A stretch of 59,499 bases of DNA, counting the filler. It is 6 parts of 6 records of this genome, joined end to end, with 100 filler letters (N's around TTAATTAATTAA, not from the genome) between each part and the next. Parts side by side here need not be neighbours in the genome. Positions count along the whole stretch, not along the records: positions 37,238 to 48,083 come from SRR2962707_4496; positions 48,184 to 53,737 come from SRR2962707_4499; positions 53,838 to 59,499 come from SRR2962707_4502; 3 more parts are not named here. One strand, given 5' to 3'. Position numbers and translations under genes: made by a program. Of this stretch, positions 43,447 to 53,927 are shown piece by piece. Below the pieces are notes generated by a model. That model ran no database searches. It was not told the origin of the DNA and was given only the letters and a program-made list of their open reading frames with translations. Position 1 is the stretch's first letter, and each line of letters opens with the position of its first letter.

Positions 43447-44988
43447 TCACCTCATCCCCCGCACAATCTCCAGAAATGCCGCATGCCCTAGCGCCTGACT
43501 GGCCGCAGCGCGGTATTCCTTGACCAGCCCGTCATAGGCCTGCCGCGCAAACTGACGCAGCTTGGGGTCTGCTTCCATTTCCCGCCGCGCAAGATTCTGG
43601 TCCAGCAGCCCCAACCCGTCCAATATCGGATAATAGAGCTGGCTCTGGACATGCGGCAGACCGAATAATTGCTCGTCAAAATGCTCGTGCCGCGGCATGG
43701 CGGTCTTCCACAGTGCCAGCCGCTCCTGCGTTTCGGGATGGATACGATTGGCCCGCACCTCGCGCCAGAACGGGGTGTCGTCGCGTTCCACCATGTAGTG
43801 CATGTTGATGAAGGTACGGAAATCATCAACCTGCCGCCCCACCCGGCCATTATAGTCGGCCCGGTCAGCATCGCTGATCTTGCTCGGGTCTTTCATATGC
43901 CGGTCGGCAAACAGCATCATCTGCACGATGGTGCCGTGGATTGAGGTGGATTCCAGTGGCTCGAGAAAGCTCGAACTCAGCCCCACCGCCAGCACATTGC
44001 CGATCCAGGCCCGGTCCAGCCGCCCGATGTCGAACCGGATATCGGCCCGCACTTCGATCTCGTGGCCAAGGGAGGCCTCGACCTCGGCCTTGGCCTGTTC
44101 GGGCGTGGCAAATTGGTCCGAATACACATAGCCGCAGCCATAGCGGGTCTGTGTCGGCGTTTGCCACATCCAGCCGCTATCCTGTGCCCAGGCCTTGGTG
44201 TAGTTGGCGATCTCCTCGCCGGGCTTGATATCGATCCAGAATGGCAGCGCGCGGTTGACCGGCAATTCATGGGCGTAGGACGTCCAGGACGCCCCCATCT
44301 CCTTGACGATCAACTGCTTGCGGAAACCGGTCGCATCAATGACGAAATCTGCCGCCAGCGTCTGCCCGTTATCCAGTTCCAGCGCCGTCACGTCGCCGCT
44401 CTCGGCATCGCGCTGCACGCCCGCCACGACCGCATCGATGATCTCGACACCTTTGGACTTGCCGGCAAAAAACCGGCCCACCAGCGCCTGATCAAAATGA
44501 TAGCCATAGTGAAACGGCCCCAGCGGAATCAGCGAACCGTCAGTCTTGCGGGCAAACGGTGCCTTGGTCTGTACCAGCAGCGGCCCGAAAAGGTGCATGT
44601 CGGTCAGGCTGCGCCCCGCCGCTGTGGCATAGACATTGAGATAGTCCGATGGCGCCCCGGCCGGCGCGCGCAGCACCTGATGCGGATCATCAATGGGCCC
44701 GTCATAGCTGTGCCCCTTGCGGCGCCAGTCCTGATGGCGAATCCCCAGCTTGATGGTCGCGCCCGTCTCGCGGATAAACTCGAATTCATCAATGCCGAAA
44801 TGCTTGAGCAACAGTCGGAATGCCGCTGTCGTCCCCTCGCCAACGCCAACTGTGGGGATTTTGGAGGGCTCGATCACGCTGATCTTGGCGTTCAGTCCTT
44901 TTCGACGCGCCGCATCTTGCACAATGAACGCGGCGATCCAGCCAGCCGTGCCGCCCCCCACCACCACAAATTGCGCTTGCCGGTCCAT
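43447..44988 (-). CDS. Flavin-dependent halogenase (tryptophan halogenase family)
   Basis: GGGTAG, VGEGT, ATIKLGI, WMWQTP, FLEPLEST. Confidence 0.9.
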   Translation of the reverse strand: MDRQAQFVVVGGGTAGWIAAFIVQDAARRKGLNAKISVIEPSKIPTVGVGEGTTAAFRLLLKHFGIDEFEFIRETGATIKLGIRHQDWRRKGHSYDGPIDDPHQVLRAPAGAPSDYLNVYATAAGRSLTDMHLFGPLLVQTKAPFARKTDGSLIPLGPFHYGYHFDQALVGRFFAGKSKGVEIIDAVVAGVQRDAESGDVTALELDNGQTLAADFVIDATGFRKQLIVKEMGASWTSYAHELPVNRALPFWIDIKPGEEIANYTKAWAQDSGWMWQTPTQTRYGCGYVYSDQFATPEQAKAEVEASLGHEIEVRADIRFDIGRLDRAWIGNVLAVGLSSSFLEPLESTSIHGTIVQMMLFADRHMKDPSKISDADRADYNGRVGRQVDDFRTFINMHYMVERDDTPFWREVRANRIHPETQERLALWKTAMPRHEHFDEQLFGLPHVQSQLYYPILDGLGLLDQNLARREMEADPKLRQFARQAYDGLVKEYRAAASQALGHAAFLEIVRGMR

Positions 44989-45087
44989 GCTCGTCCTCCT
45001 GCATCGACGCTATGGCCGGCCCCGTCGCCGCGCAAGTCAGTCTTAGGAACCCGGAACTCTCCGTGTCTTTATCGGACGACGCCGCCC

Positions 45088-45309
45088 CTAGTCGCGGTCG
45101 ATCGCCTTGGCATACAGCCGCACCATGGAAAGTGCCTGATCAGGATACTGGTAATAAACCCGCACCCGCAGATCGCTGCGGCGACCACTGCGCACCAGCA
45201 CTTCGTCAATCGCCTTGCGCGCAGCGTCTTCGGGCGAAGACGCGCTGTCCACCATCATCTCCTGGCCATCGGTTTCGCCCCCCCGGCAGTCAACAACTCT
45301 GTATTTCAC
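45088..45309 (-). CDS. Small hypothetical protein
   Basis: About 73-aa ORF co-oriented with the halogenase; GTG start inferred. Confidence 0.6.
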   Translation of the reverse strand: MKYRVVDCRGGETDGQEMMVDSASSPEDAARKAIDEVLVRSGRRSDLRVRVYYQYPDQALSMVRLYAKAIDRD

Positions 45310-45586
45310 CACGCTGCAACCTCTCCGCAAAACCGCGCGCTCTAGCAGCCGCGCGGCCCCGCGGCATTTAACTATGCTTGGTCAAACGCAGATTTTTGCA
45401 CCCGGATCCCTGCCATCGCGCTTCTCGCCAAAGCGTTGCAGACCGACCACAAAACTGGCTCACAAGTTTGCGAGATGTTGTTCCCGTTAAGGTTTGCAGA
45501 GTATTGCTCTAGCGTGCGGTGCGGCCCGCCCAGTCCGGTGCAGGATGCGGGTGTTGCCCCGATGAATTGCCTGTGCTGGAGCACCA

Positions 45587-47287
45587 ATGAACAAGATTCT
45601 GGTCTGCCTTGTCGCCGCCCTTGCCGGTGTAGGAAGCGCTTTCCCCGCCACAGCCCAGGATGTTGCCGGCCTGGCGGCCGGAACCGTCATTATCGCGCCC
45701 CCACGCACACCGCTGGCCCAAACCATTAAGGGCGGCCTGTCAGTCGCCTATTATGGCGCCAACAAGGACAGCAAGGCCTATAACGAGGCCCAAAAGCTCT
45801 ATTTCTTCTATGGCGCGCGCCATTTCGAACCCATCTGGCTTGATGAATCGCCGGACGGTCAGGTCGCCTTTTCCCCCTCGGCACAAAAAATCATCAAGCT
45901 GTTTGAAGCCGCGGCCAGCGAAGGCCTGCGCCCCAGCGATTATCTGACCGCCGAGCTCGACGTCACCACTGTCGACAATGATCCCATCAAGATGGCGGCA
46001 CTGGAAACCGCATTTTCGCGCGCCACCATGCGCTACGCGACCCATATCTATACCGGCCGTATCGTCCCCGGCTCGATCAGCTCGCAGCTCGACATCACGC
46101 CCAAAAAGCTCGATGAAGCCAGCCTGCTGGTGCAACTGGCCTCCAGCAACGATCCCGTCAAGGTGCTCTCTGCGCTTGAGCCGACCCACCCCGAATTTGT
46201 GGCGCTCAAGGCCGCGCTCGCCGATTTCGACAGGATCCAGGCCGAGCGCCCGGTGCAGATTGCCGCCGGCGCCACCCTGCGTCCGGGCATGAGCGATCCG
46301 CGCGTACCCGTGCTGCGCCAGCGCTTTGAAATCGCCGATGCCGGTGACAGCGCAACGCTTTATGACGACAGTGTCGTGGACGCCATCAAGGCCTTCCAGA
46401 AGACCCGCAATCTGGCTGTCGACGGTGTCATGGGGCCGGCGACCCTGGCAGCCCTGAACGGCGGCGCGCCGCTGACCCGGGCCGACATTCTGGCCAATAT
46501 GGAACGCTGGCGCTGGATGCCGCGCGACATGGGTGCGTTCCACGTACTCGTCAACATTCCCGAATACCGCTTGTCGATCAATCGCGACAATAGGGAAGAA
46601 TACACCACCCGCGTTGTCGTCGGCACTACCAAGAACCAGACGCCGGTTTTCTCGGAAAGCATTCGCCACATCGTGGTCAATCCATACTGGAACGTGCCCA
46701 GCTCGATTACCAAGGGCGAAATCGCCCCGGCTGTGCTGCGCAATCCCGGCTACATCGACAGCCACAATTACGATCTTCTCTATAACGGCACCGCCATCAG
46801 CCCCTATTCGGTGGACTGGAGCCAGGTCAGCGCCGCCAACTTCCCCTTCCGCGTCCGCCAGCGTCCGGGCAGCGGCAATGCCTTGGGTCAGATCAAATTC
46901 CTGTTCCCCAACAAGCATAATGTCTACCTGCACGACACCCCTTCAAAGTCGCTGTTCTCGCGCGATTTCCGCGCCTACAGCCACGGCTGCGTCCGCGTGC
47001 AGAACCCGCTCGAGTTTGCGGGTGCCCTGATGGCCAATGAAACCAAGATCAGCCGCGCCTCGCTTGAAGGCATGTTTGGCAATTCCGAGCGGTGGGTGAA
47101 CCCCGAACGGCAGATCCCGGTGCACATCGCCTATTTCACGGTACGCGTTGCCCCCGATGGTTCGCTGCAGTCCTTCGGCGACATCTATGGCCACAATGCC
47201 AAGCTGATCGCCGCCATGGGCTTGGACACACCGGCACCGGCCCCTGAAATCATTGCCGAAATTGGCGATGGCACCATCTCGCCATAA
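45587..47287 (+). CDS. L,D-transpeptidase (YcbB/LdtD-like) with PG-binding domain
   Basis: Signal peptide, AFQKTRNLAVDGVMG, YLHDTP, SHGCVR. Confidence 0.93.
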   Translation: MNKILVCLVAALAGVGSAFPATAQDVAGLAAGTVIIAPPRTPLAQTIKGGLSVAYYGANKDSKAYNEAQKLYFFYGARHFEPIWLDESPDGQVAFSPSAQKIIKLFEAAASEGLRPSDYLTAELDVTTVDNDPIKMAALETAFSRATMRYATHIYTGRIVPGSISSQLDITPKKLDEASLLVQLASSNDPVKVLSALEPTHPEFVALKAALADFDRIQAERPVQIAAGATLRPGMSDPRVPVLRQRFEIADAGDSATLYDDSVVDAIKAFQKTRNLAVDGVMGPATLAALNGGAPLTRADILANMERWRWMPRDMGAFHVLVNIPEYRLSINRDNREEYTTRVVVGTTKNQTPVFSESIRHIVVNPYWNVPSSITKGEIAPAVLRNPGYIDSHNYDLLYNGTAISPYSVDWSQVSAANFPFRVRQRPGSGNALGQIKFLFPNKHNVYLHDTPSKSLFSRDFRAYSHGCVRVQNPLEFAGALMANETKISRASLEGMFGNSERWVNPERQIPVHIAYFTVRVAPDGSLQSFGDIYGHNAKLIAAMGLDTPAPAPEIIAEIGDGTISP

Positions 47288-47462
47288 CGCCCGGTTAACC
47301 CCGCGTTTACAATTTCGCCTTGGTTGCGCCCGGTTTTGATCGTAATAACGTCTGCGTGAGCAGGCTGAGAGGGCTGATCACAGCTTGTTAGCGTTAATCG
47401 TTTGCATCGGATTTTACGCTAACGTCCGAAGATAGACTGGCAATAACCGGACAGAGTACAGC

Positions 47463-48083
47463 GTGACGGGGACTTCCTTTTTGCAACGGCATCGTATCGG
47501 GCGGCTTTTGCTCGCCGCCATGATCAGCGTTTCCCTCATCATGCCGCAGGCCGTCGTGCCCGCGGCAGCCGCTTCCGAACGCGCTATCTATCTCTATTAC
47601 ACCCACACCAAAGAGACCGCGCGCATCGTCTTCAAGCGCAACGGTCAGTTTGTTCAGTCCGGTCTGAATGAACTGAACTATTTCCTGCGTGACTGGCGCC
47701 GCAACGAGCCCACCAAAATGGACCCGCGCCTGTTCGATCTGGTCTGGGAAGTCTATCAGGAAGTCGGCGGCAGCCAGCCCATCAACGTGGTCTCGGCCTA
47801 TCGCTCACCTGCTACCAATGAAATGCTCCGCGCCAAATCCTCAGGTGTTGCTGAAAACAGTCAGCACACCAAGGGCAACGCCATGGATTTCTTCATTCCC
47901 GGCGTGCCGCTGTCGCGCCTGCGCGCCGCAGCCATGAAGAAGCAGGTCGGCGGCGTCGGCTATTATCCCACTTCGGGCAGTCCCTTTGTACATCTCGACA
48001 CCGGCTCAGTCCGGGCCTGGCCGCGCATGACCCGCGCTCAGCTCAAGGACATCTTCCCCGACGGCAAGACCATGCATGTGCCC
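47463..48083 (+). CDS. DUF882/YcbK (peptidase M15-like) protein, 3'-truncated
   Basis: LRDWR, SAYRSPATN, SQH..G.AMD, FVHLDTG. Confidence 0.9.
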
Positions 48084-48183
48084 NNNNNNNNNNNNNNNNN
48101 NNNNNNNNNNNNNNNNNNNNNNNNNNNTTAATTAATTAANNNNNNNNNNNNNNNNNNNNNNNNNNNNNNNNNNNNNNNNNNNN
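48084..48183. other. Artificial contig linker
   Basis: N-TTAATTAATTAA-N. Confidence 0.98.
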
Positions 48184-48840
48184 CCAGCGTACTTCATCCG
48201 GTTTCAGGGTAAACGACTGCGCGACATCGTCACAGGCCAACCCCCACTCACTGCTGTCCAGCCGGATCACGAAGCGATAGTTGTCCCGTGCGTCCTCCGG
48301 TGCCCGGCCCGCCATAATCCATTCCGCCGTATCCACCACTCTGAGATTACGTTCCCGGTCCGGGCGCATGCCCATATACCAGCGGGGGCTGCCGGGGATC
48401 GGCTTCACCGGCTCTTCTATTCGATGAATGGCGCCGAGCAGTATCAACGGCACCGCCAGCTGCAGCCCTGCCACCGTGAAGATCAGGCATTCGAACGGTT
48501 TGTCTGACCATTCCGGCCGCCCCGGGGGCTCCACCTCAGGAGGCGACGGAATATCGGCGGCCTGTTTGTGCTCAACCGGGGGCGACTCCACCTCCGGTGC
48601 TTTTTCCGCCACCGGGGCCGGTGTTACCGGCTTTTGCAACTCAGACTTCGCCTCCGCGACCGGACGGGCCACAATGGGCGCAGGCTTCAGCGCGATGCGA
48701 GTGCGTTCACGAGCCACCGGTTTTGGCGGTTCCGGTTCCTCACGCAGAGCGCTATCTGTCGCCGTATGCAGCAGTTCGTCCAGATAGCTGGCAATGGCGG
48801 AGCCAGGGTCCGCCACCTGTGTCATTTTTTTGTCAGCCAT
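48184..48840 (-). CDS. CheW-domain (ParP-like) chemotaxis protein, 3'-truncated
   Basis: Pro-rich N-terminus then FECLIFTVAGLQLAVPL; follows the ParA gene. Confidence 0.85.
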
Positions 48841-49630
48841 GCCGACGCTCCGCCACCGAGCGTGTTATTTCCTGTAGATCACTCAGCAGGCGGGCATATC
48901 CCCGAACACCATGGGTTTCAGCATCCATGGATGATGGGGTAATCCCGGCCTGGCTGGCATCGCGGAACTTGGTGTCCACTGGAATGGCGAAGCGCCATAG
49001 CGTATCGCTGTGGGTCTTTCTCAACTGGTTAAGACTTTTTACCGATGCCTGCGTTCGCCGGTCAAACAGCGTCGGTACAATGGTGTAGGAAAGCTGGTTC
49101 TTCTGGGAGCGCATGATCATGGTGAGCGTGTGCAGCATTCGCTCAAGGCCTTTGATGGCAAGAAACTCGGTCTGAACCGGAATGATCAGGTGTTGTGCGG
49201 CGGCAAGCGCGTTCACCATCAGCACGCCGAGCGATGGGGTGTTGTCCAGCAGGACGTAGTCGAAATCGTCCCACAACTGGGTCAGGGCCCGGGATACAAT
49301 CAGTCCCATGCCTTCAACACCGACCATTCTCCGTTCGAGAGTTGCCAGCGCTGTGCTGGCCGGCAACAGGGATAGCCCCGGACAGCTGGTTTCGGTAATC
49401 AACTGGGCCGGCAAACCATCCGGTACTTTACCCTGGTGCTGGAACAGATCGAACACACTGTGGGCAATGGTATCCGGGTCGTACCCGAACCAGCTGGTCA
49501 ATGATCCGTGAGGGTCCAGGTCGACCACCAGAACGCGCTTGCCGCTCTCGGCCAAGAGGCCACCCAGGGCGACAACCGATGTGGTTTTGCCCACACCGCC
49601 TTTTTGATTGGCTACTGCCCAGATGCGCAC
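48833..49630 (-). CDS. ParA-family ATPase of the chemotaxis cluster (ParC-like)
   Basis: ANQKGGVGKTT, DLDPHGS; GTG start inferred. Confidence 0.9.
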   Translation of the reverse strand: MRIWAVANQKGGVGKTTSVVALGGLLAESGKRVLVVDLDPHGSLTSWFGYDPDTIAHSVFDLFQHQGKVPDGLPAQLITETSCPGLSLLPASTALATLERRMVGVEGMGLIVSRALTQLWDDFDYVLLDNTPSLGVLMVNALAAAQHLIIPVQTEFLAIKGLERMLHTLTMIMRSQKNQLSYTIVPTLFDRRTQASVKSLNQLRKTHSDTLWRFAIPVDTKFRDASQAGITPSSMDAETHGVRGYARLLSDLQEITRSVAERRHG

Positions 49631-49806
49631 GCTGTGCACTCCATATCCGTCACCAAATTCATCGCCAACCTCGTCACCACACTGATTCTCCAGAAATACC
49701 CGTTCCGGAAACGTCGCACGCATAACGAGTTATCGGCCACGATCCGTTCAACTTGAAAACAATCCGGCAAGCGCTTGCCGGGATCTAAAGATGTACAGAC
49801 GTTAAT

Positions 49807-49821
49807 ACAGATATTGTGCCA
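49807..49821 (-). promoter_or_regulatory. Possible sigma-54 promoter upstream of the ParA gene
   Basis: TGGCACAATATCTGT has a good -24 element and an imperfect -12. Confidence 0.3.
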
Positions 49822-49876
49822 ACTCGCCTATAGGCACCTTCCGCCATGACTCCGCAACGTGATGATCAGAAAGGTG

Positions 49877-50659
49877 TTATCGCATCGCGCCACGGATACT
49901 GGCGTCGCGGGAGATCAGCAGGACCACGCGTCGATTGCGACGGCGGCCTTCCTCGGTATCGTTGCGGGCCACCGGTTGGTGCTCACCGTAACCAACAGCG
50001 GCCAGCCGTTCGGCCTCAACACCCTCCATCGACAACATGCGCACAACCGCCGCTGATCGCGCAGCGGACAGCTCCCAGTTGGAGGGGAAGGCACTGGTGT
50101 TTATCGGGCGGTTATCCGTGAAGCCCTCAACCCGGATCGCGTTATCCCGGTTGCGGAGTACAGCAGCGATTTTCTCCACCACGTCGAAGGCATCGTAATG
50201 GGGCTCGGCATCACCACTACCAAATAGCAGGCTGTTGCGGAGACTGAGCTCCAACCACTCGTCGCTGGTTTCCAGTGTAACCACACCCTGATTGATCAGT
50301 TCGTCAAACTCCAAAGCCAACTGGTCCGCCATGGCACGCAGCGCCTCGGTGCGCCCTTCTGCACTCATGGAGGGATTTTGCGGAGCTTCGGTCACCGGCG
50401 GGTTAATCACATCCTCGGCCGCCTGCGGCGTCGAACGTCGGGGCTGATCACCCACTTCGATAGGCTGAAAGGAGCGCTGGGGGGCATTGAAGACGCCAGT
50501 CAGAGTTTCAGAGAGCACCTTGTACTTGCCCTCGTTCACCGACGACACGGAATACATCACGACAAAGAACGCGAACAACAAGGTGATGAAGTCGGCGTAG
50601 GAAATCAGCCAGCGTTCCTTGTTATGAAGATCGTCATCCTGCTGCCTGCGTCGTCTCAT
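49877..50659 (-). CDS. motD: Flagellar motor protein MotD (MotB family)
   Basis: WLISYADFITLLFAFF; OmpA-like NWELSAAR. Confidence 0.92.
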   Translation of the reverse strand: MRRRRQQDDDLHNKERWLISYADFITLLFAFFVVMYSVSSVNEGKYKVLSETLTGVFNAPQRSFQPIEVGDQPRRSTPQAAEDVINPPVTEAPQNPSMSAEGRTEALRAMADQLALEFDELINQGVVTLETSDEWLELSLRNSLLFGSGDAEPHYDAFDVVEKIAAVLRNRDNAIRVEGFTDNRPINTSAFPSNWELSAARSAAVVRMLSMEGVEAERLAAVGYGEHQPVARNDTEEGRRRNRRVVLLISRDASIRGAMR

Positions 50660-50687
50660 CAGCTTACCCCTCAGCCAGGTGCCGGCA

Positions 50688-51425
50688 CTACAGGAAGCCC
50701 CGCAGGCGCAGCTCGATGGATTTAGGGTTCTCGCCATCGGCAATGGCGATGATGCCGTCGATCATCATGTCTTCATAACGGGTGCGTTCCCGCAGAATGC
50801 CTCGCAACTTGTTGGCAACCGGGAAGAACAGCAGGTTCGCCAGAGCAACACCATAGATGGTGGCCACGAACGCAGTGGCGATACCGCTGCCAAGTGACTG
50901 GGGGTCTTCGAGGTTGGTCATCACCTGAATAAGCCCCATCACCGCGCCAATGATGCCAATGGTCGGCGAATAGCCACCCATGGCCTCAAACACCCGGGCG
51001 GACTCCAGATCCCGCTGTTCACGGGACTCCAGGTCCACCTCCATAATGCTACGGATGGTTTCTGTCTCAGCGCCGTCCACCAGCAGTTGCAGCCCTTTAC
51101 GGGCAAAGCGCTCAGATTCCTTCTCAGCCAACCCTTCCAGCCCCAGCAAACCCTGCTTACGGGCCTTGACGCTCCAGTCGATGACTTTGCCGATACCATC
51201 TTCCAGACTGATGTAGGGGGGAAAGAACACCCAGCGCACCTGGGAAAAGGCCCGCTTTAACAGCGGCCAGGAGGTCTGGAGAATAGTGGCTGCAAGCGTA
51301 CCACCAATCACGATCAGCGCGGCCGGGCCATTGAACAGCGAGCTGATGGCGCCACCTTCCAGCAGGTTTCCACCGAGAATCGCCACAAAGGCAAGAATGA
51401 CGCCCAGCAGGCTGAGAATATCCAT
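50688..51425 (-). CDS. motC: Flagellar motor protein MotC (MotA family)
   Basis: PTIGIIGAVMGLI, AFVATIYG. Confidence 0.92.
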   Translation of the reverse strand: MDILSLLGVILAFVAILGGNLLEGGAISSLFNGPAALIVIGGTLAATILQTSWPLLKRAFSQVRWVFFPPYISLEDGIGKVIDWSVKARKQGLLGLEGLAEKESERFARKGLQLLVDGAETETIRSIMEVDLESREQRDLESARVFEAMGGYSPTIGIIGAVMGLIQVMTNLEDPQSLGSGIATAFVATIYGVALANLLFFPVANKLRGILRERTRYEDMMIDGIIAIADGENPKSIELRLRGFL

Positions 51426-52570
51426 CAGCTCACCCCATCCGCCAGGCGGGGACCAATGTCATCGAGCGCAAGGATTTCGTCAGACAACCCGGCCTTGGCC
51501 ACGGCCATGGGCATACCGTAGATCACCGAGGTTTTTTCGTCCTGGGACCAGATATCGGAGCCTGACTGCTTCATCAGGCGACAGCCTTCCTTTCCATCCG
51601 AGCCCATACCCGTCAGGATCAGGCCCAGGGTCTTGCCGGGAAAACTCCTGGCCAGGGAGCCGAACGTCACATCCACACAGGGCTTGTAGTTAAGCCGGTC
51701 ATCTCCGGGAAGAATCCTGACCCTGCCCTGGCCACCCCGGTTTTCAATCATCATCTGCTTGCCCCCGGGGGCAAGCAACGCAACGCCCGGCTTCAGCATT
51801 TCGCCGTCTTCAGCCTGGCGTACCTGAATCTGGCACAGCTTGTTCAGGCGCTCGGCAAACGCCGGGGTAAAACTGGCTGGCATATGCTGAACGAGCACCA
51901 CAGGCGCGGGAAACCCGGCCGGTAACGCCATTAGTACACGTTGCAAGGCCACCGGGCCGCCGGTGGACGTGCCGATGGCAACCACACTGTAGTGTTTAGC
52001 AGGCCCGCGGCGAATCGAACGACGGGCCGGTGCTTCAGGCTCTGAGGCGCTGGGGCGAGAGGACCTGTCCGGTACCGCCGGCCGCTCGGGCACGCTGCGC
52101 CTTGCCGGTGCAGGGCTACGGGGCGAAGGAGGCGGAGCGGTGGGAGGCGGCGCCGACGGTTTTGCACCAGGGCGACTGCCAGCGACATCCAGTACACGCT
52201 CAATGAGTATTTTTTGAAGCTGACTGGAATCCCGGGCAATTTCCTCAAAATTCTTGGGCAGGAAATCAACGGCACCTGCCTCAAGGGCATCCAGGGTCAC
52301 CCGGGCACCCTCGTAGGTGAGAGAGGAGAACATCAATACCGGCGCCGGATGTCGCTTCATGATCTCACGGACGGCGCTGATACCGTCCATGACGGGCATC
52401 TCGTAGTCCATGGTGATGACGTCAGGCCTCAGCTTTTCAGCCAGCTCGACACCTTCGCGCCCATTGGTGGCCACGCCAACCACCTTGATCTGACCGGAAG
52501 CGGTCAGGATTTCCGTCAGTCGCTTGCGGAAAAAACCTGAATCATCAACGACCAGGACAGAAACCGTCAT
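51425..52570 (-). CDS. cheB: Chemotaxis methylesterase CheB
   Basis: REC + STGGP, QHMP, LTGMGSDG. Confidence 0.96.
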   Translation of the reverse strand: MTVSVLVVDDSGFFRKRLTEILTASGQIKVVGVATNGREGVELAEKLRPDVITMDYEMPVMDGISAVREIMKRHPAPVLMFSSLTYEGARVTLDALEAGAVDFLPKNFEEIARDSSQLQKILIERVLDVAGSRPGAKPSAPPPTAPPPSPRSPAPARRSVPERPAVPDRSSRPSASEPEAPARRSIRRGPAKHYSVVAIGTSTGGPVALQRVLMALPAGFPAPVVLVQHMPASFTPAFAERLNKLCQIQVRQAEDGEMLKPGVALLAPGGKQMMIENRGGQGRVRILPGDDRLNYKPCVDVTFGSLARSFPGKTLGLILTGMGSDGKEGCRLMKQSGSDIWSQDEKTSVIYGMPMAVAKAGLSDEILALDDIGPRLADGVS

Positions 52571-52602
52571 CCATTTCTCCTAAACCTGGGCCCGCCGCAA
52601 CG

Positions 52603-53737
52603 TTATTTGCCGTAGTTTTGCAGCAGGCTCGGAACATCAATAATGAGTGCAATACGACCGTCGCCAGTGATGGTCGCACCCGCCATACCCGGCGTTCCCT
52701 GAAGGGCCCGGCCCAGGGGCTTGATCACCACCTCTTCCTGCCCGATCAGCTGATCCACCACAAAACCGACGCGCCGCGTTCCCATCGCCACGATAACCAC
52801 GTGGGCGTTTTCTGGTTCCGGCTGCCCAGCGGCGCCTTTGACCAGCCATCGCTTGATGTGGAACAACGGGAAGACTTTGTCTCGAACCACGATGCATTCA
52901 CGGCCATCCACAATGTTCTTCTTGCTGAGGTCCAGATGGAAAATCTCGACCACGTTCACCAGTGGCAGCGCGAAGGATTGGTCGCCAAGCATGATCATCA
53001 GGGTAGGCATGATGGCCAGGGTCAGCGGCACCTTGATGACGATGCGAGACCCTTTGCCCAGCTCCGACTCGACGCTCAGCTGCCCGTTGAGCTGACTGAT
53101 CTTGGTTTTCACCACGTCCATGCCAACGCCACGACCGGACACATCCGATATTTGATCCTTGGTGGAGAACCCGGCGGAGAAAATCAGGTTGTAGCACTCG
53201 GTGTTGGTCAGTCGGTCAGCGGCATCCTGTTCGTAGATGCCCTTTTCGACCGCTTTTCGGCGCAGTACATCCGGATCCATACCAGCACCGTCGTCTTCGA
53301 TGGACAACAGGATGTGGTCGCCTTCCTGCTCAGCCGACAGCGTCACACGACCCTGACGAGGCTTGCCCGCCTTTTCACGAATATCGGGTGCCTCTATACC
53401 GTGATCAACCGAGTTGCGAACAAGATGGACCAGAGGATCGGACAGCGCCTCGACCAGGTTTTTGTCCAGGTCGGTCTCTTCGCCGTGCATCTCAAGGTTG
53501 ATTTCTTTCTTCAGGCTGCGTGCCAGGTCGCGAACCACCCGCGGGAAGCGGCCAAATACTTTCTTGATGGGCTGCATCCGCGTTGCCATCACCGCTGACT
53601 GAAGATCGGTGGTCACCACGTCCAGGTTGGAGACGGCTTTGTGCATATGCTCGTCTTCACTCTGGGCGCCCAGACGCTGCAACCGGTTACGCACCAACAC
53701 CAGTTCACCCACCATGTTCATGATGTCGTCCAGGCGC
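52603..53737 (-). CDS. cheA: Chemotaxis histidine kinase CheA, 5'-truncated
   Basis: HLVRNSVDHGIE, SGRGVGMDVV, C-terminal CheW domain. Confidence 0.96.
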
Positions 53738-53837
53738 NNNNNNNNNNNNNNNNNNNNNNNNNNNNNNNNNNNNNNNNNNNNTTAATTAATTAANNNNNNN
53801 NNNNNNNNNNNNNNNNNNNNNNNNNNNNNNNNNNNNN
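53738..53837. other. Artificial contig linker
   Basis: N-TTAATTAATTAA-N. Confidence 0.98.
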
Positions 53838-53865
53838 GTCCGGCGTCCGGCGTCCGGCGTCCGGC
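53838..53865. repeat. Heptamer tandem repeat (GTCCGGC)x4, running off the contig edge
   Basis: Directly visible. Confidence 0.9.
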
Positions 53866-53927
53866 CCAACGAACGGCACGGGCCCAATGGGCTTGTGCCG
53901 TTCGTCTTTGTCCTGGAGGAAAACTCA

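Noticed and set aside
48184-53737. ParA next to CheW-like and mot genes as a partition system
   Set aside because: Standard gammaproteobacterial cheA-cheB-motCD-parA-cheW chemotaxis cluster.
11600-53837. Repeated TTAATTAATTAA motif and apparent eukaryote-bacteria juxtaposition (HGT)
   Set aside because: These are five identical 100-nt artificial linkers; genes are truncated at each, so cross-contig neighbourhoods are meaningless.
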